Below, one piece after another: positions 33,090 to 43,094 of a stretch of 64,000 nucleotides of DNA (positions are counted from its first letter, which is position 1; the number at the start of each line of letters is the position of its first letter). The position numbers were made by a program, and so were the translations under genes. Source of the DNA: Minutocellus sp. GHC0000111 (Eukaryota); assembly GCA_977018835.1 (NCBI GenBank), contig OZ361256.1, positions 4,526,001-4,590,000 of the forward strand, in the 5' to 3' direction. Below the pieces are notes generated by a model. The model did no database searches, was not told the origin of the DNA, and saw only the letters and a list, made by a program, of their open reading frames with translations.

Positions 33090-35624
33090 ATGTCCTCAAC
33101 GATGGATACACGTTCAAGTAGACGCCGGTCGCGCCATCTGGCCGGCCGCCTCGCCCTGTTCCTGGGCGTTGCCTCCTCTGCCTCCCGAAACAATTCCGGC
33201 AGTTCGCAGCAGCAATGCGAAATGACCGTACGGATACCTGCCTTGCCCTCGGCCATGGCCTTTGTCCCCCCGTCGTCCACCAAGGCTGTATCGAATCATC
33301 GGATTAGAAATATCAATCGCCGCACGGTGCCGCTGGTGCTCAAGGATCCCACCGACGTGGGGGGACAGACCACCGGCGGCGGCGACGGTGGGTATCCGCC
33401 GGAAAATGCACCCGCAAACAATTCGGCTGGTCCCGAAAATTCTTATGCCACGCCATCCACCAGTAGCAGTAGTTGCAGTCCGTCCATTCCGAGCGATGTT
33501 GCCGTCCCGCTGATGGAACTGGAAGATCACGAGGACTACCTCAATAGAGAGTTTACCAACGATTTCATCCTCAACGGCGCCGGCCCTATTATTGAGGAGG
33601 GACTTTGGAATTCCGGTGGTTCGGGTCCAAAGACGACGGCACTGGAGGAGGAAGTAGCAGTAACTCTCGAGCAGGACGAATCTACCACCGCCATTGCATC
33701 GTCCGTGCCTGTCCTCGGCGGCGATCTGGACCCGTATCTGGCTGAGCACGAGGCAGCCGAGCAATTGTTCATCGAAACGGTCGTGAGGGAGGGCGACAAC
33801 AACATCGTCCGGATCGAGGGCATCCCGCCTCTTGGCGCGCTTGATGACGACGGCAAGGAGGAGGAGGTGCCGTCCGTAAATGCCGACAAGGTCGATGCCT
33901 CATCAACAACAACAACAAAGTCGACGCAGTATCAGATCCCCACCCTGTCGCAAATCGTCAAGTTTGCCCTCCCGGCAACGGCCATCTACCTGTGCGATCC
34001 CCTCCTGTCCCTCATCGACACGGCGTCGGTCGGCCTCCTGGCCAAATCCACGGCCCATCAGGCGGCCCTCAGCCCGGCCATTGCCGTGGTCAACTACTCG
34101 GCCCTCCTGCTGGCCTTTCTCTTCGTCGGGGCCACCAACTTTGTCGCCCAGGCGGCCGCCAAGACGAAGGTTGGTGCTGGAACGAATGTGGGCATCGACA
34201 GCGACGACAAGGACAAGGAGGAGAAGGATACTGCCGCCGCCGGTCCCGCCCAGATCCTGCTCTCGACCCTCCAGATCTCCCTCCACACTGGCACCCTCCT
34301 CGGCGTCGTCCTCTTCGCCCTGGCCCCGACCCTCATCGGCCTCCTCAGCGGGAGGGGGTCGCTCCCCCCCGAAGTGTTCCAACCGGCCGTCCAGTACGTG
34401 CGGATCCGGGCCCTGGGATTTCCCGCCGCGGCCGTGTTGGGCAGCGCCCAGGCGGCCTGCCTGGGACTCAAGGATACCACCACCCCCCTCCTCGTGCTGG
34501 GGGCCGCCGCCGTGCTCAACGTGGTGGGCGATCTGAGTCTGGTGGGCGTGACCAGCAGCCCATGGTTGTTCGGTGCCGCCGGGGCGGCGTGGGCCACGAC
34601 GATTGGACAGATGGCCGCCGTCGGATTGTTCCTGAGGTTGCTCAAGGCCAAGCCCAGGGCCAAGGACAACAAGGTGGTTGAGGATGATGATACCGTGGAA
34701 GCAGCCAAGGTGGGAAGTGGTGGGAGGTTAAGTTTGACCCGAATGTTCTCGCGGCGTCGTGCGTCGACCCAAACTGATGTTGGTGGTGCGGATGTGACTG
34801 CCGCTTTACCATCTGGCGATGCCGACGACGATGCCATCTCGGCCCGCGGATTCCTCGCCGAGCACAACTTTGAGCCCCATCACATCCTCCGCCTCCCGCC
34901 CAGGAGTACCGTGAGGCAGTTTTTGCCGTACGTCGTTCCCGTCACCACCACCTCGGTGGGCCGTGTGTCGTTGTTCCTGTCCATGGCGCACGTGGTGAGC
35001 AGCTGCATGGGCGTCGTGGGGATGGCCGCTCAGACTATTGCGCTGGGCATCTTTGATGCATTGTGTCCCCTCAGCCAGAGCCTGACCCTGGCCGCCCAGG
35101 CCTTTGTGCCCGGTGCCCTCGAAGAGCAGGATCGGCTCCGCCGGGCCGCCGAGCGAGAGGCCGAGGCCACGTCGTCCGGTGCTGCTGCCGAGCAGAAGAA
35201 ATCGCGCGATGTTCTGGCCAAGTTCTCGCGCCAATTCCTCAAGGCCGGCGGGGCCTTCGGCCTCTTCACGGCCCTTTGCGCCACCTCCATCCCGTTCGTG
35301 TCCAGCCTCATGACGACAGATGCCGCCGTTGTTTCGCAGATTGCCGCCGTTGTGCCCCACCTGGCCGCCATCTTTGCCCTGCATGGCCTCGTCATGTCCG
35401 CCGAGGGTGTCCTCCTGGGGAAGGAGGATGTCAATTTCCTCGGGTGCATGTACGGCGCCTTCTTCTTCATCATGCCCGCCTGGATGATGCGCGTCAAGCA
35501 CGGGGCGCTGCATCTGGGCAAGGCGGCCGGCCTCGGCTCCGTTTGGAGTGTCTTCTTGATGTATCAGCTCATGCGGTCGATCCTTTGGGCTGGCCGTGCC
35601 GCCATGCCCACCAAGGACAGGTAG
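33090..35624 (+). CDS. MATE/DinF-family transporter, probably plastid (EDS5/DTX46-47-like)
   Basis: KFALPATAIYLCDPLLSLIDTASVG, YVRIRALGFP, AQAACLGLKD and GAAGAAWAT; AMA-FVP motif in the leader. Confidence 0.92.
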   Translation: MSSTMDTRSSRRRSRHLAGRLALFLGVASSASRNNSGSSQQQCEMTVRIPALPSAMAFVPPSSTKAVSNHRIRNINRRTVPLVLKDPTDVGGQTTGGGDGGYPPENAPANNSAGPENSYATPSTSSSSCSPSIPSDVAVPLMELEDHEDYLNREFTNDFILNGAGPIIEEGLWNSGGSGPKTTALEEEVAVTLEQDESTTAIASSVPVLGGDLDPYLAEHEAAEQLFIETVVREGDNNIVRIEGIPPLGALDDDGKEEEVPSVNADKVDASSTTTTKSTQYQIPTLSQIVKFALPATAIYLCDPLLSLIDTASVGLLAKSTAHQAALSPAIAVVNYSALLLAFLFVGATNFVAQAAAKTKVGAGTNVGIDSDDKDKEEKDTAAAGPAQILLSTLQISLHTGTLLGVVLFALAPTLIGLLSGRGSLPPEVFQPAVQYVRIRALGFPAAAVLGSAQAACLGLKDTTTPLLVLGAAAVLNVVGDLSLVGVTSSPWLFGAAGAAWATTIGQMAAVGLFLRLLKAKPRAKDNKVVEDDDTVEAAKVGSGGRLSLTRMFSRRRASTQTDVGGADVTAALPSGDADDDAISARGFLAEHNFEPHHILRLPPRSTVRQFLPYVVPVTTTSVGRVSLFLSMAHVVSSCMGVVGMAAQTIALGIFDALCPLSQSLTLAAQAFVPGALEEQDRLRRAAEREAEATSSGAAAEQKKSRDVLAKFSRQFLKAGGAFGLFTALCATSIPFVSSLMTTDAAVVSQIAAVVPHLAAIFALHGLVMSAEGVLLGKEDVNFLGCMYGAFFFIMPAWMMRVKHGALHLGKAAGLGSVWSVFLMYQLMRSILWAGRAAMPTKDR

Positions 35625-35707
35625 ATGGATAGATTTGCCTTTGTACATAAATGAATAGAAATCAAGTCTATCAAATAAAAATGTGCATTCCCCAACATAC
35701 TCTTACT

Positions 35708-37294
35708 CTATGCTTCGTCAAACTGATCGCAAGTGAATGAACCGTCATCTGCGCCCAGAGATGCAGCCTTGAATAGCGTCTTCTTTTCCTCCATACGGAA
35801 CTTGACGGCGATCGCCTTCTCCGTTTGATATCCTTCAAGTTGGCGCAAGAGAGCTCCATCTTCTTCAATGGTTGTCGAAGAACTGCAGTACACTTGTGCC
35901 ACAAGCGCCAATGTCAAGGCGCCAATCGCTTTATCACTCTCGGTGTATTTGAAGCAACTTTCGGAAACGCCTTCCTTACCCTTGAACTCAATGGCATCCA
36001 TGCAACGCTCTAGCTGACCTTCTACTGAATCTGCTGACGCAAAGGCGAGCAAATCTCTTCCCTGAGTACTGGCAATTGTGCCGTCTGAAGAAACGCACAC
36101 ATCTGGCATTTCGCTCCAGCCAATCTGTTTGAAGGCGGCCTCTGCATCTTTGTAACGGGGGATATGCTCACGTGGAATCATGGCGCAGTGGAAAGGGTTG
36201 TCTGGTGGGACAAAGCCAAAGACTTCCAAGTAAAGACTATTGTCCGTGCCTCCATATGCCTCGAATATCTGTTCTCCAGCATTGGGCACCTCCCGATCGG
36301 CACGCACGGCGATCGATCCGTCTTCATTCCGAGTATGAAAGTTCACAAACGGCTCGCTCAACGGGCCTCCTGATCCATCGTATTTCGGCATGTGGTTCAT
36401 CATATCCGCCAACGGTGTGAGATATTTGTTCCCATCTTGCAGTATCATGGCCCTTGAGCTGGATATTGCCACGTAGTGATGAAACGATTCAAAGGTGAGG
36501 CATCCCTCGTACAAGCGTTTGTGCCCGCGCTGCCTGGAGAAAATCTCGGCAAGGGTAGTTGTCAATGATTGCAACTGGCCCTTGTTCCATGCCACCATCA
36601 ACTCCGACTTGGAATGTCGAGCCATGGAGGATAGATACTCATCCTGCAGCATGTCCAACGTTTCATCGTCAAACGTGTCCAACCGAGGAACATCCTCGGG
36701 CAGTATCTGCAGATAGGGCCATATTTCACTGGATTTACCAAGGGAACATTCCACCATGAGATACAAGGCAATGACGAAATCTTGCCGTGCCAATGGCAAA
36801 CGAAAGGCAGAATTGGCAATCTTGTCGATCCTGTCTTGGAACATGATGAATCGCTTCGTCACCGACTCGGAGGTGATGATGGCTGAGGATGGGATGGTGA
36901 ATAATTCGTCGTATTTGTGCACCGGTGCGCCCTTGGCTTGAACGCCACCTCCAAAGCCGGGAAATACGGCAAGGGAAACTTTGGGTGACATTTTGGCGCC
37001 TTTCTCTTCTTGGAGCCATGTCAAAAATGTTCTGATTCGTACGTCTGGATCGGGCTCAATCGGTGGTAAATGCGGATGCGATTGGTATCGGACCATAACT
37101 TTTACTAAAATGGCAACCAAGGCGGCTAGGACAGTGAACACCGCCAACACATGTGATGCTGGACCAAGAGACGACGACGAAGGACCAGTGGTGTTGGCCC
37201 GATCATCATTGTCGGCTGCAGACCTTCTGGCTGACCTCCTCTTCTTTCCTGGCGGCGGTCTCTGTTGCTGCTGACTACGATTGCGAGCTGGCAT
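35708..37294 (-). CDS. SET-domain lysine methyltransferase (Rubisco LSMT/SETD3-like) with an N-terminal signal-anchor
   Basis: IWPYLQILP, PLADMMNH, GEQIFEAYG and LEVFGFV; TM segment VLAVFTVLAALVAILVKVMV after a basic N-terminus. Confidence 0.88.
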   Translation of the reverse strand: MPARNRSQQQQRPPPGKKRRSARRSAADNDDRANTTGPSSSSLGPASHVLAVFTVLAALVAILVKVMVRYQSHPHLPPIEPDPDVRIRTFLTWLQEEKGAKMSPKVSLAVFPGFGGGVQAKGAPVHKYDELFTIPSSAIITSESVTKRFIMFQDRIDKIANSAFRLPLARQDFVIALYLMVECSLGKSSEIWPYLQILPEDVPRLDTFDDETLDMLQDEYLSSMARHSKSELMVAWNKGQLQSLTTTLAEIFSRQRGHKRLYEGCLTFESFHHYVAISSSRAMILQDGNKYLTPLADMMNHMPKYDGSGGPLSEPFVNFHTRNEDGSIAVRADREVPNAGEQIFEAYGGTDNSLYLEVFGFVPPDNPFHCAMIPREHIPRYKDAEAAFKQIGWSEMPDVCVSSDGTIASTQGRDLLAFASADSVEGQLERCMDAIEFKGKEGVSESCFKYTESDKAIGALTLALVAQVYCSSSTTIEEDGALLRQLEGYQTEKAIAVKFRMEEKKTLFKAASLGADDGSFTCDQFDEA

Positions 37295-37651
37295 GGTGTA
37301 TTGTGGTGGGAAAATCGGTCAGTATCAGCAAAAGGGGAGGGAGATACTACTACAGCCGCTGTACCGCACCATCATGTTTCGCATGCTGACTGCTGCTCTG
37401 CTCCCTGCCCCGTCAATGCGTCTGAGGAAGTACATATGCCAGAAACTGTGTCCTACGTAGTACGTACGAACTCCCGGCGAGCGAGGTTTTTGTGCGAAAG
37501 GTCAGCGACGTGGGCGTGTGCTTGGCGCACCCGCGGCCCACAGCCAGAAGTGAAGCGAGGACCAGTTTGCGAGGACCATGGCAACGATACTCCATAGAAT
37601 TTGTTGTAAAGCAACGCGGTAACTTCCCCTCAAAAAGCCAAATTGGGCACA

Positions 37652-39670
37652 ATGCCCACGCCCAGGGCCGGCAAGAGTCTGGGCATCGGCCTCCTCCCCC
37701 CACTCGACGAGCACGAAGAAGACGAAGAGGCCGGCAAAGACATTTTCGACCACGATGATGGCGACGGAGATTATGGCGAGCCGTCCAACATTACTAGTAG
37801 CCCGTCGATCCAATCACCGGTTAGCACGGCATATTCCCTAGGTGCTGGGTCGTTGGACCAGGCCCAGCATAAGCATGCCAGTACAACGCCGAGCATATCA
37901 AACAAAGCAGGCAAGAGAAGTCGCACGAGTACAGAATCAGCGATCACACCATCATATCGTGTTCTGTACGACGACCAAGACGATGCCGATGCACGGTCGG
38001 TACAAAGCGAAGGGAGTGCCCGTAGTATCGTTAGCGCGACATCAGTAAGCAGCAGCCGATCGTTGGGAGTCGGCTCACTTTTGCCCCTCATTGAAGAGGA
38101 GACGGATGCAGCCGACAACGCAAAAGAATCAGGAAACGAAGACAATGCAAACACAAACCAGCACACCCCAACGTTGAGCAACAAGGCTAAGCATCCAGTA
38201 TGTCATTCTGCTGGTGCGGTCGATGCAGAGCCACTGCTGGGGGTCAACATTAGCCAACACTCGTCATCGAACGATGATCTGTTAGCACTTCATGCTCAGC
38301 ATAATAATGACGATGCGATTAGTGTTTTGAGTGGTCATTCTACATCTCTTCCATTGCCCTTGGCGTCTGACGAAGCGTTCTTTTCTCATAGAAGTGGCGG
38401 TTTGGAGCCTATGCGACAGGGTCGGGATGATGTCCTACAGGAGGCAGATGAGACGTCAACTTTTGTCAGCGGGATAACCTTTGATGATGCGGGGGGAGAA
38501 TCCCCCATGCGACAACGATCGCAGCAGCAATCACGACGAGCTGTTGCTGATGACAATCGAAGCCACAAATCTGGAAAGAGCAAAAAGAAAAAGAAAGTGA
38601 AGAATCCATTTAAACGAAAGAAGAAGGGAAAGACAACTGGGAAAGAACATGGCGATAACGACTCGGCAAGTGTCTTTAGCGGCTTCAGTCGGGTGAGCGA
38701 TTTGGCATCATCGGTTGTGTCTGGCCGAAGCACCAAGAGTCGGATGAGCATATCAACCATTGGCAGTACGAGAAGTCGCATATCATCACTCACGGGGAAA
38801 CTTCGAAAACGTGGCAAGAAGAAGGAAAAGAGGAATAAGACAGATGGAAATGCTGTCGGAAATGAGGATCGACAAAATCCATCAGCCGTCCCTCAGTCGA
38901 CTCCGGCCAGGATAGTTTTTGACAATCGATCCGCTGTGTCGTCATTGGCTTCATCGGCAGTTGATAGCTATCCAGCAACACCTGTCCGCGGATCCCAAAA
39001 TAAATTGAGCCATTCGCCATTAAACGGCGAATCGGCGGTCAACACCACGTTGCCAACTGTGGAATCTGGGGAAGAAGATAGCTCAGGTGGGGAAGGATCG
39101 ACGCTCGGCAGTATCATCTCAGCCTTATCTGTTGGGAGCACGGACATTAGTAAAACTTCGGAGCGCATAAAGCGAAAGAATCGAGCCTATCGACTGAAGA
39201 AGACAGGTCGTAAATCAAGGAAAGGTGATTCTGCTGGTGATTCTGTCAGTGAGACGTCGTCGGTAGATTTTGCGCAAAAATCGAGAGCTCCTCCGTCGGC
39301 AGAAAGCTCTGGAAGTGTGAGTAAGAAATTCTGGAGAAAAATATCTCCACGTAAATTGAATCCAAGCATCGCGAGCGACAGCAGCAATAGTCCATCAGAG
39401 AGTCAAATTAAGATGAAGTTGGGAGATTTTCTGATCCCTGATGGCTTGGCGGATCGGGCACCGGCAGAAGAAATTATGTTGAGACTTGGCATATCGAGTG
39501 AAATTGGACTTGAAGCGTTGGAGGAGCTAAGAAATCTTCCGCATCTCGAAATGATGGATAGAAAAGGGGCTGCGGTCCCCACTGTTCGCGTGTGTGGAGT
39601 GGAGGTTCCAGATTATGATTCGTATGTCCAGAATTCGGTTGACCGGTTCCGGAAAAGGCTTGCCATTTGA
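37652..39670 (+). CDS. Ser/Lys-rich low-complexity hypothetical protein
   Basis: Long uninterrupted ORF with no recognisable domain. Confidence 0.7.
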   Translation: MPTPRAGKSLGIGLLPPLDEHEEDEEAGKDIFDHDDGDGDYGEPSNITSSPSIQSPVSTAYSLGAGSLDQAQHKHASTTPSISNKAGKRSRTSTESAITPSYRVLYDDQDDADARSVQSEGSARSIVSATSVSSSRSLGVGSLLPLIEEETDAADNAKESGNEDNANTNQHTPTLSNKAKHPVCHSAGAVDAEPLLGVNISQHSSSNDDLLALHAQHNNDDAISVLSGHSTSLPLPLASDEAFFSHRSGGLEPMRQGRDDVLQEADETSTFVSGITFDDAGGESPMRQRSQQQSRRAVADDNRSHKSGKSKKKKKVKNPFKRKKKGKTTGKEHGDNDSASVFSGFSRVSDLASSVVSGRSTKSRMSISTIGSTRSRISSLTGKLRKRGKKKEKRNKTDGNAVGNEDRQNPSAVPQSTPARIVFDNRSAVSSLASSAVDSYPATPVRGSQNKLSHSPLNGESAVNTTLPTVESGEEDSSGGEGSTLGSIISALSVGSTDISKTSERIKRKNRAYRLKKTGRKSRKGDSAGDSVSETSSVDFAQKSRAPPSAESSGSVSKKFWRKISPRKLNPSIASDSSNSPSESQIKMKLGDFLIPDGLADRAPAEEIMLRLGISSEIGLEALEELRNLPHLEMMDRKGAAVPTVRVCGVEVPDYDSYVQNSVDRFRKRLAI

Positions 39671-40033
39671 AGATTCCTTTTCATCATGAATTCTTACATA
39701 AATCAAAGCTGCTGTAGATCTGGTGTTGTTGCGACGTCTCTACTAGCTAGAGATCTACATGTACATGTACCGGTAGCCGCCAACTTTGTTTTGTTTTCCC
39801 GCATGCACGCGTGGCGCACTGAAATGGTTGAAATGAGATTTTGGCTTGCACTGCAATCCATGAATTCGAACTCATTGAATATTTAGATATATTGGTATTT
39901 TCAATATACCTACGCGAATTTGACGCGTGCGTCTGAATTCTGCCAAGCGAGAATGTAGCAAAAAGAAATGACGCTTTCTTCTCGTTGAAGTCAGACATTA
40001 TATTGATTCGATTCGCCCATAACAAAAAGAAAA

Positions 40034-40498
40034 ATGGTGAAATATATCGTCCAAGCTTTGGTTGTCCTCTCGGCCGGCGCCATCTCATTCGCTCGCGCCT
40101 CTGGTGATGACTTCGATGTTGCTGCGGTCTCTTCTTCGGTCGACAATGTCGCAACAGAAACAGTGTCAACGACGTCAAACGACGAGAAAGAAGGTTTTAC
40201 GCTTGACCTCTTCAAGAAAACCTGCATGATTTGCGACGATTCTGTGGCCGATGCCTCGATCGGTCGCACCATCAGCCGCGGCCTCCACCTTCGAGGAGCG
40301 GCTGGCAGCGCCTGCATCTTCGAGGCTTCTGCCGTAATCAGCAATGCCGAGGACTGTTGCAATGACAGCGAAACAGGCGAACCCTGGGATATAAATGATT
40401 TGACTGCCTTTCTCGTCACTGATCCTTTCCGCAGTGTCAATCGGGAGGATGCTACATCTTCCGCCGTGATGCTCAAAGATATTTGCGGTGATATTTAG
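40034..40498 (+). CDS. Small secreted Cys-containing protein (copy 1)
   Basis: Signal peptide MVKYIVQALVVLSAGAISFARA; 6 Cys. Confidence 0.7.
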   Translation: MVKYIVQALVVLSAGAISFARASGDDFDVAAVSSSVDNVATETVSTTSNDEKEGFTLDLFKKTCMICDDSVADASIGRTISRGLHLRGAAGSACIFEASAVISNAEDCCNDSETGEPWDINDLTAFLVTDPFRSVNREDATSSAVMLKDICGDI

Positions 40499-40713
40499 GG
40501 ATTTCCGGCTACATTTTGTACATACATGAAAAACGCCAATGCCGGAACTAAAAAAAGACGTGATAATGTTCACCGTTTTCACAAATATAATACATAATTT
40601 GCATACAGTCAGTGATCTTTGGGCCTATCAAAGGAAGTATTGCAATTCCACAGGCTTGAGTCGATCTAGTTGCGTCTACGTATATGCGTATTTTACAACA
40701 TTGCTGCACTTGT

Positions 40714-41916
40714 TTATCGAACTACATCAATCAAGCTTCCTTCAGATATTGCTTTTGATGATGCATTCCTTGTCCACAGAAATGTTGCCATGCTATCCAC
40801 CATCTCCTCGTGAATCATAGAAGCTTTACGAATAATCGCTCCCCAAAGCGGTGCATCTGTAAAGCTACCTGTCCTTCCCTTCTTGGATCCCTTTACATGA
40901 AGTGTCCTTGTTCCATACAAAGTCCCAGCTTTTCGTGCCTGATTGCTGACATATGTTACTGTCGGAAGGCCAGACTGCCCAGCACCATTCGGGGGGAGCA
41001 TCCCGTAACCCAGCCCCAGGGAAGGATCGTGCAAAAGTAATCCCTCCACGTTGCAATCGGCAGATGCGCCATTGGCTGCCATTACAGCGGCACTGCCTCC
41101 GAAGCCATTTCCGGAAATGACAATGGGATAATTCTCACCAATGCTTTTACCGTTACTAGTACCAACATCGCTCTCTTCGTTATCAGCACGAGGCATCCAA
41201 GAAAATATTTCTTTTGGCAGATATTCCGCTGCATCCAACAACTCGCTGGCCCTTCTGGCCAACTTCTGCCGATCCGTCATCATGTATTCGCTGTATTTCA
41301 GCTGGGATCCGTCCGATTTCGTTGTATATGGCGACGCCGTCCCATCGGTATGCTCCAGAGCACCAACAATGATACCCTTGGAAGCCAACAACTCAAACAG
41401 AAGGACACAGGTGTCCATATTATGCCCAATGCCATGCGAATACAGCAACATGGGCCAGTGCTGGGTTGCCGCTATATGCATGCTCACATCGGCCAGGTGA
41501 GCATCCAAAAGGCAACCACTCGTCTTGGGTGCCAGCAATGATGGCCGACGTCCGTCTGTTCCATAGGGTGCGCGTGAGTCCTTATCACCCGGCTCTCTTC
41601 TATACTCCTCGTCAACTGGATAGAACACCCGCATCCGTGTTTTCTGTTTATTGGGCAGACGAATTGTCCGGCTACCGACCGGCAGTGACAGCTGCGGTGC
41701 TTCCGATATTATTGATGACGGGCTGTCTGTTTGTGTATCTACATCATCAGTGACTTTGGGAGATACAGAGTGCAATACCGCAAAAGCAGCTGGCATCTTT
41801 GTCTTGCTGCTAGCAGCATTGTACATGGAGGATGGTACGATGGGAGCAGCATTGGGAACGGCATTGGAAAAGGCGGCAACTTTTGTGACACATGTTGTAG
41901 CGACAAAGAGCAACAT
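40714..41916 (-). CDS. PAF-acetylhydrolase-like alpha/beta hydrolase lacking the catalytic Ser (copy 1)
   Basis: RVFYP, LLYSHGIG and LASKGIIVGALEHTDGTA; GNGFGG in place of GHSFGG. Confidence 0.8.
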   Translation of the reverse strand: MLLFVATTCVTKVAAFSNAVPNAAPIVPSSMYNAASSKTKMPAAFAVLHSVSPKVTDDVDTQTDSPSSIISEAPQLSLPVGSRTIRLPNKQKTRMRVFYPVDEEYRREPGDKDSRAPYGTDGRRPSLLAPKTSGCLLDAHLADVSMHIAATQHWPMLLYSHGIGHNMDTCVLLFELLASKGIIVGALEHTDGTASPYTTKSDGSQLKYSEYMMTDRQKLARRASELLDAAEYLPKEIFSWMPRADNEESDVGTSNGKSIGENYPIVISGNGFGGSAAVMAANGASADCNVEGLLLHDPSLGLGYGMLPPNGAGQSGLPTVTYVSNQARKAGTLYGTRTLHVKGSKKGRTGSFTDAPLWGAIIRKASMIHEEMVDSMATFLWTRNASSKAISEGSLIDVVR

Positions 41917-42197
41917 GAAAACGAGAACATATTATACTGATGGTGAAAACGCATCGAGAGCGGTATGCCGCCGATGTAACGCCATAATTTTGTATCAGCA
42001 CTCTTGGTTCCCTTGCAGTACTACGTAGCTAGCTAGAGTACTGAGTCAGTGGAATAAGTGCTGGAGCGGAGGCGAGACAGGAGGCATTCCAATTGTGATG
42101 CTTTATTGCCGAAAAAAGTAAAACTCGGAGAATTTCATCTCAAATCTCTCATGCCTTTTTATCTCGTGCCTCTCATTTTTCAGCAGAGCAGAGAACC

Positions 42198-42812
42198 ATG
42201 AGAAGACTTGGCAGCGGCCGCAACGTCCGAGACCGTCCCGCCCAGGGCGATCGACGAGAGGATCGCGTCAGCTACGACATGCAGCATGCTCTCGCCATGC
42301 GAGGACAGTCAGCCGCAGCAGCCGCCGATGCCGAGGCCTGCGCCGCCCGCGTCCGTCCCGCCACCTCTCCTCGAGCATCTCCCACGAAAAAGGCATCAAG
42401 TCCCACTTCGGGAGGCGCACCTCGCTCCCCGCCTGCAAACAGTGATCACAATGTGAAGGTGGCCCTTCGTGGCCTCGGTCAAGCCGAACAACTGGAAAAG
42501 TCTGGAGATTTGGAGCAATCACTGGAAATCTACCAGCTGTCCATCGAGGCGTTGATATCATATGTCAATGCATCTCCCACACGATCCGGTGCCGGCGGCG
42601 GCAAACATAGCGGAAATGATGGACCTGGATTGGACCGCGAGGCCGTGGCAGAACGGTGCCGAGTGGCACTGAGCGATGCCGAACGAGTCAAGGCCAAGTT
42701 GGAAAAGCAAAAGAAGAAAGGTGGTGGAAATACCAAGCCAAAGAGTGTGACGGCCGGTCTGCTTGCCAAATATGACAGTTGGGAAAAGGAGCAGATGGCA
42801 GGTGGGCGATAG
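42198..42812 (+). CDS. MIT-domain-like protein (copy 1)
   Basis: Three-helix pattern AEQLEKSGDLEQSLEIYQLSIEALI...ALSDAERVKAKL. Confidence 0.65.
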   Translation: MRRLGSGRNVRDRPAQGDRREDRVSYDMQHALAMRGQSAAAAADAEACAARVRPATSPRASPTKKASSPTSGGAPRSPPANSDHNVKVALRGLGQAEQLEKSGDLEQSLEIYQLSIEALISYVNASPTRSGAGGGKHSGNDGPGLDREAVAERCRVALSDAERVKAKLEKQKKKGGGNTKPKSVTAGLLAKYDSWEKEQMAGGR

Positions 42813-43094
42813 ACCTTGTAGGAAGTAAACATAGAACCAGGGATGCCGCTACCTAGATGCGTTATGTGCAGATCTACATGCACCAAGGATATTGTTAGCA
42901 CTCTTCCTGAAGTCAAGGCAGGCAGGCATCGATATGGGTTCGCACTTCGGCTTCGGTTCGCACCGGCGACTAACTAAAATGCCCCGCCCATGCCACAAAG
43001 ATTCGGATCGAAAAGACGGTCTGCATTGCCTCATCAACCTGAACCGAACACACAAAACAAGCAACATCGTCTCAATTTTGCAATCATTGCGACC

